Assembly: GCA_036339875.1 (NCBI GenBank)
Contig: JAYZAC010000032.1
Span: 1 to 14,709 of the forward strand
Source: a bacterium
GTDB lineage: Bacteria > Muiribacteriota > UBA6191
Direction: 5' to 3'
DNA: 14,709 nt
The notes beneath the pieces were generated by a model, which worked only from the letters and a program-made list of their open reading frames with translations, did not search any database and had not been told where the DNA came from. Shown piece after piece: positions 7,944 through 14,709 of this stretch (position 1 is the stretch's first letter; the number at the start of each line of letters is the position of its first letter). Position numbers and translations under genes: made by a program.

Positions 7944-10448
7944 ATGAGAGACAAACTTTTCCTGCCCAGTATTGTTGTAATATTTCTCGTTTTGAATTTT
8001 TTCGGCTGTCAATCCACAGAAGATCAAATTTCTCAGCTTCGAACTGATTTTTCTTTACGCAATAACCCTAAAGAGCAAGTCAAAATTATTGATGAAATAA
8101 TAGCTACAGAGGATTCACAGGTTGAATCGATTCTAGTACGGTGGTTGAGTGATTATAATTACCGTCTTGTTCACTCAGTGATCATAGATCGTCTCGGCCA
8201 GATGCGCGCAAAAAAGGAAACTACACTGAGCAGCCTTTTCTCCAAAATCGAGGATCCAATATACCGACAATCGGTAATCTCAGCACTAAACGCCATAGGT
8301 ATACCCGCTTATCAAAAATTAATTGATAAACTGAGTAATGAAGATATAAATGTGTTTAATAACGCGGCATATGCTATTCGACAACTTGAAATTGATATTG
8401 TTCCCCTGTTGAGGAAGGAATTATTTAGTGATAACCCTCAAGTACGTCGAGGGATACTCTCAGTTTTAGCAGATTTCGGTTCTCGAAACCAGCTTGATCG
8501 AGAATGTATAAACGATATAATTCAAATTTTTTCGGTTGGTGATCTTGATCAAGTAATAATCGATATGTACGAAAAATCAATCGATTTTGACTTAGCTGTT
8601 CAAGCGATCTCTGGAATTGGCGATAATGCGAAGCCTTTATTGATTTCTGCTATTCAAAGTGAAGATATTGGAATTCAGACTGGCGCAGCACTGTCGCTTT
8701 ATTTACTAGATAAGAAATCAAAGGATAAAGTCTTACCAATTTTGCTGCAGAAACTTAGTGATACTCATATGGGAGTATACGTAGGCAAACGACTATTTCA
8801 CTTTGGAATATCGATATTGCCAGAAATCGAGGAAGTCTTTTTAAGTAGCAAGGAAACGAGTTATACCAATGCGTCATTCTTTCTGGAATCTATAGGGCAA
8901 AAAGCTATTCCTTTACTAGTAGAAGGCTTAAATAGCCCCATTGTTGACAAACAGCTTCTGTCTATTGCAGGTCTGAATCTACTTGGGCATGTTGCCAAAC
9001 CTGCTAGGAAGGAATTGTTGAAACTTTTTTCGGACGAACAGTTAGGACGCAATTCAGCACAAGCAATTGTAGGAATACTTGGTAAAGAAAGTGTTTCAGA
9101 TTTAATCAGATTACTTGGAAGTAAAAATTTAACCACTCAGAAGAATGCCATTTTTGCTCTAGGTTTATTAGGACGTGATGGTATGCAGGCAATTGATAAT
9201 TTAGAAAAAAAAATAAAAAACAAAACAGTTGCGGTAGATGCATGCCACTCTATTGTCAATATTAAATATAATACACAATTCACCAGAAATACTGGCAACC
9301 CAATGACTAGTGATACAGTGGGATATGCTAGAACGCAGTTTACCTGGGATAGAAACCAAACGGTTAAGATGTATGTTCGAAGTGATGATGGCATAAAGGT
9401 CTGGCTTAATGAAGAATTAATCTGGGCAAACAATACTATGAGGGCTCTATCATGGGGTGAAGATGTTATAAAGGTTAAACTAAAAAAGGGAAAAAATCAT
9501 CTACTTCTGAAAGTCACTCAAGGAATGGGAACTTGGGGATATGAAGTCAGAATCGGATCAGACAAAAAGCTAATTAGCTCAGGTTGGAAAATTATTTATC
9601 CTTTTGATAATGTTGGAAATATTGGTTTTGACACTGTATATCCGCCAGAAAAAGAAACTAATTTCAACAAAGTTTATACAGGCAAAAATAACGTTAGAAT
9701 TAAATGGTATAATTCAAGAGCTATAGGAAATCAGGCATTTTCCAGTCGTAGAGGTTTCGTTTCTGGAGTCAAGAGTATCTCAGCTCAACTAAAACCTATA
9801 ATCCAAGTTTTGCAAACTGCAATACAAAATGGAGATTCTCAAACAAGAATGAAGGCTTTAGAAACAGCTGCTATCGTTGGCGATCAAGCTATACCAATGC
9901 TACAAAAACTAATCGTTGAATCTATAGATGAATTTGAACTTGCCTCTATCGCTTCGACTCTGGGCCAAAAAGCAAAACCTGAAGTGATTATAGAACTGAT
10001 GAAGAATAGGAAAATTAAGTGGAATGCAAGGGTAATTCTATATTCAAATTTGACGAATCGTTTTTCTTCTTCTTTAGCAAACTCTAATGACCCAAATCGT
10101 AATGAACCAGGTTTCGGTTCGGAATTAGACCATGATTATGTGGAAAACAAGCTTAATGAATTTAGAAAACTAAAGCAAGCCAAAGAACTTGTACAGTCGC
10201 TAGAAACTCATTTGAATACATTTGATCTCAATAAGAAAGTATATCAGTTTAAGGTGCTCGGAAATTTAGCAGTTCCCTTTCTTATCGAACAATTTGCTAG
10301 CCCTGTTACCATTTCACGAGGGAGAGCAAAGACGATGCTAGTGTCTATCGGTGAACCCGCCGTTCCAGAGTTGAGAAAGGCGGTAAAGCAAGAAAAATTT
10401 CGCTATTGGGCTAATCTTACTTTATCCGACATAAAAAAGAAAAGCTAA
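7944..10448 (+). CDS. HEAT/PBS-lyase-like repeat lipoprotein with an inserted PA14-like beta-sandwich
   Basis: Signal with a lipobox-like FFG-C22. Repeated helical units of the type A[IV]PLLxxxLxSxDxxVRxxAxxALxxIG (e.g. AKPLLISAIQSED, AIPLLVEGLNSP, IGEPAVPELRKA). Insert 9318-9707 contains GYA...VRSDDGIKVWLN...LKKGKNHLLLKV...WGYEVRI and WKIIYPFDN...YPPE. Confidence 0.82.
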   Translation: MRDKLFLPSIVVIFLVLNFFGCQSTEDQISQLRTDFSLRNNPKEQVKIIDEIIATEDSQVESILVRWLSDYNYRLVHSVIIDRLGQMRAKKETTLSSLFSKIEDPIYRQSVISALNAIGIPAYQKLIDKLSNEDINVFNNAAYAIRQLEIDIVPLLRKELFSDNPQVRRGILSVLADFGSRNQLDRECINDIIQIFSVGDLDQVIIDMYEKSIDFDLAVQAISGIGDNAKPLLISAIQSEDIGIQTGAALSLYLLDKKSKDKVLPILLQKLSDTHMGVYVGKRLFHFGISILPEIEEVFLSSKETSYTNASFFLESIGQKAIPLLVEGLNSPIVDKQLLSIAGLNLLGHVAKPARKELLKLFSDEQLGRNSAQAIVGILGKESVSDLIRLLGSKNLTTQKNAIFALGLLGRDGMQAIDNLEKKIKNKTVAVDACHSIVNIKYNTQFTRNTGNPMTSDTVGYARTQFTWDRNQTVKMYVRSDDGIKVWLNEELIWANNTMRALSWGEDVIKVKLKKGKNHLLLKVTQGMGTWGYEVRIGSDKKLISSGWKIIYPFDNVGNIGFDTVYPPEKETNFNKVYTGKNNVRIKWYNSRAIGNQAFSSRRGFVSGVKSISAQLKPIIQVLQTAIQNGDSQTRMKALETAAIVGDQAIPMLQKLIVESIDEFELASIASTLGQKAKPEVIIELMKNRKIKWNARVILYSNLTNRFSSSLANSNDPNRNEPGFGSELDHDYVENKLNEFRKLKQAKELVQSLETHLNTFDLNKKVYQFKVLGNLAVPFLIEQFASPVTISRGRAKTMLVSIGEPAVPELRKAVKQEKFRYWANLTLSDIKKKS

Positions 10449-10800
10449 AAGAATATCGTTATGAAATCAAAAAGCGCACTTTATGATTCAAGTGAAATTT
10501 CGAATAGCCCTAATACCTGTTTACATTTATTATACTAGGCGGTGCATATAAGTTGGATTAGTCAAAAACAAGAAATGCTCACAGAATAGAAGCATTGACC
10601 TTGAAAATTGAGAGATGTATGCTTCTTTGTAAAGTTTCCGTCTTGTATCATCCTCTCATTATTAAGGCAAGCTACAGAAGACGGATAGCATTTCCTTGGA
10701 GATATGTTTCACATGCAGAACTATGGGTGAGTTTCTCGGTTTCTTCTTCACATTCACGTTGCTTGATATTGAGTAAATTGAACGTCGGAAACAAATAGAA

Positions 10801-11358
10801 ATGTTCCTTAAACTTAGAAAGGTAAAAAAGATTAATGGTTATGTTGTTAGTCCCGATGCAAATCTAAAACGAGCTGAACTTGCTAATACTCAATTGCAAG
10901 GACTAAATCTCAGTGGAGCTAATCTTTTTGCTGCAAAATTATCCTCCTCTGATTTGAGTAACGTCAATCTGTCGAACGCAGATTTAAGTAATGCGAAACT
11001 CGATTCAGCCCGGTTAAACTACGTAATCTTAAAAAATGCCAAACTTGAGGGGGCAAATTTAAGTGGTGCTCAATTGAACCATGCAGTATTGACTGGTGCT
11101 AGAATTAGTCGGGTTATACTTCGCAACGCAAGTCTCAGAAATGCTGATCTGAAAAATGCTGACCTCAGAGGAACAGATTTAGAGAACGCAAATCTGAGTC
11201 AAGCTAATTTGTCTGACTGCGACTTAAGGGGGTCCGATCTTCAGCGGGCAAACTTAAGTGGTGCAAACTTAAGTGGTGCAAAGTTGGATGGAGCTAATTT
11301 GGATAAAATTCAATCTAACGAAACAACCGTTTTACCTGATAGTTTTTTACTTTTGTGA
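10801..11358 (+). CDS. Pentapeptide repeat protein
   Basis: About 30 consecutive A[ND]Lxx pentapeptides (ANLKR AELAN TQLQG LNLSG ANLFA ... ANLSG ANLSG AKLDG ANLDK) and a short C-terminal cap (NETTVLPD). Confidence 0.93.
   Translation: MFLKLRKVKKINGYVVSPDANLKRAELANTQLQGLNLSGANLFAAKLSSSDLSNVNLSNADLSNAKLDSARLNYVILKNAKLEGANLSGAQLNHAVLTGARISRVILRNASLRNADLKNADLRGTDLENANLSQANLSDCDLRGSDLQRANLSGANLSGAKLDGANLDKIQSNETTVLPDSFLLL
11248..11282 (+). repeat. Exact 15-bp tandem duplication within the pentapeptide gene
   Basis: GCAAACTTAAGTGGT x2 (11248-11262, 11263-11277) followed by GCAAA, encoding ANLSG ANLSG AK. Confidence 0.9.
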
Positions 11359-11455
11359 TTTTTAGTAAATAATTGTAATATCATGAAAGGTGGTTTTGGT
11401 TTCGATCAAGAGTTAAGTGAAAATTTCGGATAAAAATTAGGAAACGGAAGCAAAA

Positions 11456-13981
11456 ATGAAAAATGCCGAAGAAAGACTCATCAACCCTGATTCCACTTCT
11501 ATTCAAACATCATATTCATTTGTTGATGAACTAGATTTCAAACAATTCCCCTTCAAAACAAGTTTTAGCCTACGGCCTTTGGTAGATTTCTGGGAGGAGA
11601 CCAATAGTCAATCGGGTGCGGACAGACTCTACGCCCGAACGATTATGGAAAAAATGTCAAAAGTACCAGACTTGTTGGAGGTAATCACTGACTTTCGGTC
11701 TACATACAATCAAAATAATGAACTGATTGACTTATTGATGACAGCTATCGTACCAAAGTCATCATTTAATGATGAAATGATAGCCATTGTTCCTCCTTTT
11801 TCTTACCAACCTTTTTTTCAAACTCCAGAATTCGCTGCTCGCCTGTTAGGTGAAGATGGTTGTTTTAACGATCAACTGGACTTATTAGACGATGAAATTC
11901 GGCTTTATATCCAAGTTTTGTATGCTTATTATTATGTTATTTCTGGTGTTCCAGCTTATCAAATCGATATAGATTTTGATGATTATTCTGCGATCTATAC
12001 CAAACAGAATCCGGAGACCGGACTCATACATCATTATCGCTTACAATGGGATGCTCAATTCTGCCAAATTAAGGTTAAAGGAAAGCCAAAACCATTAACA
12101 TCAATCATGGCTAAGAATTTGCTTGCGAATCTGAGTGGTGTATCAGTTCTAAAGGATTCGGTTTTACGGTCAGATGAAAGTCTCGGTAGCCAGAATGCCG
12201 CTCTAGCAAATGTGACTGGCTTAAAATTGCTAATCGAATTGTTGCCACCAGATAAATTTGAGTTTTCTGGATTCATAATTGTGCGAGCTGTTGATATCAC
12301 GCACCAACATGTGTTGGGTAAGATCACCCAAGATTTGTTGGAGAGAGAGTCAATTGATAGTAAAGCTCGTTTTACTGGTATACAAGAGATGTTGAAAACC
12401 GTCTTACGTGTGGCTGATGTCGAGGCTTCGTTAATCGGAATTGATAGTACTGATCAAGTTCTGATGATTAATAGTGGCAGGCAAGAGTTCGATAACCTAT
12501 TTGCGAATGTTTCAGATCTAGAAAATTCTCAATATCAGCGAGCTTTAGATAAAGGTGGGTTATGGGTGGTACCTGACCTAGCCAAAACTACTCGAAGAAG
12601 AAAAACCTTTATAGAAGAAAAAATGCTGGAACAAGGGGTTGCTAGTTTAGCTATCATCCCTTTAAAAGACCCAGAAACTAACCGGGATATCGGTCTACTT
12701 GAATTGCGGTCTCCTACTAAGAATGCATTGAATGAAATGAATTCTATGCGTTTACATGAACTTGGTACGGCCTTTTCTAGTGCGGTTAAGCGTTGGGTCA
12801 CCGAACGTGCGGATGCTGTTGAACGAACGATTCGCCAACAGTGTACACCAATCCATCAATCTGTAGCTTGGAGATTCGAAAAAGCGGCACGCTCCTTCAT
12901 TGACCGAAAACGTGCCGAACCACATATTAGTGAAATGGAACCAATAGTTTTTCATGATGTCTATCCCCTTTATGGCCAATCAGATATTCGTGGTTCCTCT
13001 GAATTACAAAATGCAGCTACTCAGGCCGATTTAACAGATCAATTAACTTTGGCATCTGAAATTTTGACTCTAGCTCAGGAAGCTAAGCCAATGCCTTTCC
13101 TAGATGACCTTATTTATCGAATTGCTGTTCAATTAAATAACATCCAAGGTAATTTAGGTGCTGGATCTGACCTACAAGTGCTTGAGTTTTTGCATCAAGA
13201 CGTTGAGAAATGCTTCGATACTTTGGAGCAATTTAGTAGATATGATGCCGGTATTGGTAAAAAAATAGAATCTTATCGTTCGTCTCTAGATCCACAACGC
13301 CGTTCTATTCACCGTCAAAGGAAGGAATATGACGAATCAATAAATGTGATCAACGATACGATTTCAGCTTATATTGATCTTGAACAAGAGAAAGCTCAGC
13401 GCGTTTTCCCTCACTATTTTGAAAAGAATGTAACCGATGGTGTCGATCATCAGATATACATCGGAGCTTCAATGCTAGATAAACACAAATTCGACCTGAT
13501 GTATCTCAAAAATCTACGTCTATGGCAACTGATGGTTTTATGTGGCTCTGCGTATTTGACGGAGCAAATGAAGCCTAATTTGAGTTTGAAGCTGGACACA
13601 GCTCATCTAGTTGCTGTACAAGAAACTGCACAAACCATTAGTTTTGATTATAATGAAAAACAATTAGCAATGAAGGGCAGCTATGATATTCGTTATGAAA
13701 TCATGAAGAAGCGAATTGATAAAGCCGAAGTTAAGGGAACTGGAAAGAGACTAACGCAGCCAGGCAGAATCTCCATTGTTTACTCACAAACTCGAGAAGG
13801 CGTAGAATACGAAAAATACATTGAGTACTTGTTAGCCAGGGAGTATTTGGTTGGAAATATTGAGCGTTTAGATTTGGAAGATTTGCAGGGGTTATATTCC
13901 TTGAAAGCTCTTCGGGTATCTATAAACCTAGAAAGGCCAGTCGAACTACCAGGACCGACCGAAGAATTTCCATTATTTTAA
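11456..13981 (+). CDS. Cytoplasmic GAF domain-containing protein with a C-terminal putative divergent class III nucleotide cyclase-like region
   Basis: GAF-like segment ~12360-12790 (GVASLAIIPLKD...IGLLELRSP...NAL...RLHELGTAFSSAV). No signal peptide or clear TM helix. C-terminal motifs YGQSDIRGSS, YFEKNVTDG, GSYDIRYEIMKKRIDK, QPGRISI and DLQG. The GAF call is fairly safe; the cyclase call is an inference. Confidence 0.75.
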   Translation: MKNAEERLINPDSTSIQTSYSFVDELDFKQFPFKTSFSLRPLVDFWEETNSQSGADRLYARTIMEKMSKVPDLLEVITDFRSTYNQNNELIDLLMTAIVPKSSFNDEMIAIVPPFSYQPFFQTPEFAARLLGEDGCFNDQLDLLDDEIRLYIQVLYAYYYVISGVPAYQIDIDFDDYSAIYTKQNPETGLIHHYRLQWDAQFCQIKVKGKPKPLTSIMAKNLLANLSGVSVLKDSVLRSDESLGSQNAALANVTGLKLLIELLPPDKFEFSGFIIVRAVDITHQHVLGKITQDLLERESIDSKARFTGIQEMLKTVLRVADVEASLIGIDSTDQVLMINSGRQEFDNLFANVSDLENSQYQRALDKGGLWVVPDLAKTTRRRKTFIEEKMLEQGVASLAIIPLKDPETNRDIGLLELRSPTKNALNEMNSMRLHELGTAFSSAVKRWVTERADAVERTIRQQCTPIHQSVAWRFEKAARSFIDRKRAEPHISEMEPIVFHDVYPLYGQSDIRGSSELQNAATQADLTDQLTLASEILTLAQEAKPMPFLDDLIYRIAVQLNNIQGNLGAGSDLQVLEFLHQDVEKCFDTLEQFSRYDAGIGKKIESYRSSLDPQRRSIHRQRKEYDESINVINDTISAYIDLEQEKAQRVFPHYFEKNVTDGVDHQIYIGASMLDKHKFDLMYLKNLRLWQLMVLCGSAYLTEQMKPNLSLKLDTAHLVAVQETAQTISFDYNEKQLAMKGSYDIRYEIMKKRIDKAEVKGTGKRLTQPGRISIVYSQTREGVEYEKYIEYLLAREYLVGNIERLDLEDLQGLYSLKALRVSINLERPVELPGPTEEFPLF

Positions 13982-14091
13982 AATCGACCTACCAATTAAT
14001 GCTGTTCTGATTTTACTCACTCTTAGGAAAAAATGATCATTTCCCGACTATCTGTCTTACTGACCAGTATTGTTAATGGTCGAATGGATTG

Positions 14092-14709
14092 TCAAGACAG
14101 ATCTATAACATGTCCCACTTGGGCTGCTGAACAGTTGAGATCAATCTCATTTTCCTGAATGTAGCGGCATGTGTGAGATACTTTTGTATCAACACACTCA
14201 TCAGTATCTGTCGGATCGTGGTGAGTGAGGACTAGTGATTTCGCTCTAGCTAAATTAGCGATCTTGACCGCATACTCCGGATACGAGTGCCCCCAGCCTT
14301 TTTTGCCATCTTTGTATCCGTCTTTAGTATAAGCCGTATCAAAAATTAGGACGTCTGCATCCTTGGCAAAATCTGCTAACTTCTTGTCTAAAATGTCTGC
14401 TAATTTGTTCTCATCCCTTGTGCCATTAGCTTCAACTAGTTCATCCATATCATCATGGAAAAAGTGATAAGGTTCATGATCACCAGTAAATACAATGACT
14501 TTTCCTCGGTATTCAATCCGATAACCGAGAGCAATGCCTGGATGATTAACACGAATACAAGTAACAATAGCCTCACCAATTTTTACTTCATCTTCCGACA
14601 AGCCGATGAACTTTAGATCCGATGCCATGAAATCAATTGGGATGGGAAAATATTCACTCGCCATTTGCCCGGCAAAAATTTGATGAAGATACTTATCATC
14701 GGTATGGGA
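14092..14709 (-). CDS. MBL-fold metallohydrolase (RNase Z/phosphodiesterase-like subgroup), 5'-truncated by the window
   Basis: Q-M...YFPI, NHPG..LGYRIE, IVFTGDHEPY, DADVLIFDTAYT, GWGHS and LVLTHHDP. The frame stays open to the window end (SHTDDKYLHQIFAGQM), so the HxHxDH motif should lie beyond 14709. Confidence 0.87.
   Translation of the reverse strand, partial: SHTDDKYLHQIFAGQMASEYFPIPIDFMASDLKFIGLSEDEVKIGEAIVTCIRVNHPGIALGYRIEYRGKVIVFTGDHEPYHFFHDDMDELVEANGTRDENKLADILDKKLADFAKDADVLIFDTAYTKDGYKDGKKGWGHSYPEYAVKIANLARAKSLVLTHHDPTDTDECVDTKVSHTCRYIQENEIDLNCSAAQVGHVIDLS

Noticed and set aside
10543..10717. 6S RNA or lysine/purine riboswitch assignment for the structured region
   Set aside because: A rod with a central bubble or a three-way junction can be drawn, but I cannot match family-specific conserved nucleotides. 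It is kept only as an unassigned candidate.
10595..10798. 67-aa ORF upstream of the pentapeptide gene
   Set aside because: It has a TTG start, no RBS and no recognisable motif. The region is better explained as a regulatory or structured leader.
10801..11358. Qnr quinolone-resistance gene
   Set aside because: The repeats are generic ANL-type, lacking the Phe/Cys-rich pattern and loops typical of Qnr.
3883..12979. Minus-strand ORFs at 3883, 5765, 5784, 8861, 9137, 12055, 12535 and 12752
   Set aside because: All lie within long, well-supported + strand genes and show no independent coding signal.
13982..14091. Terminator between the GAF and MBL genes; AAATGATCATTT palindrome at 14031-14042
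   Set aside because: The palindrome is AT-rich and loopless, and there is no convincing terminator architecture.
14092..14709. True beta-lactamase
   Set aside because: The motifs match the RNase Z/phosphodiesterase-like branch of the MBL fold, not class B beta-lactamases.
1..14709. CRISPR array, tRNA/rRNA, IS element or anti-phage defence island
   Set aside because: No spaced direct repeats, RNA gene signatures, transposase, integrase, nuclease or reverse transcriptase motifs were seen.

Overview
This is an AT-rich bacterial window holding a signal-transduction cluster between metabolic genes. On the left are a 5'-truncated dapD and a convergent BKACE/DUF849 (Kce-like) gene. A divergent promoter region is followed by six + strand genes: an RsbW-like anti-sigma kinase, a STAS anti-anti-sigma protein, a 1421-aa membrane sensor, a HEAT-repeat lipoprotein, a pentapeptide-repeat protein and an 841-aa GAF protein. 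The sensor reads signal peptide, PA14-like domain, two carboxypeptidase-regulatory-like domains, 14 beta-propeller blades, YYY-like domain, one TM helix and a SpoIIE/PP2C phosphatase. A convergent, 5'-truncated MBL-fold metallohydrolase ends the window. Four observations stand out. (1) The partner-switching module is complete but has no sigma factor in the window. (2) The lipoprotein carries an apparently circularly permuted copy of the sensor's PA14-like domain. (3) The GAF protein C-terminus has class III nucleotide cyclase-like motifs and faces a candidate phosphodiesterase. (4) A nested, switchable RNA structure lies upstream of the pentapeptide gene. No rRNA, tRNA, CRISPR array or mobile element was seen. 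All calls come from reading motifs by eye; no database searches were run.
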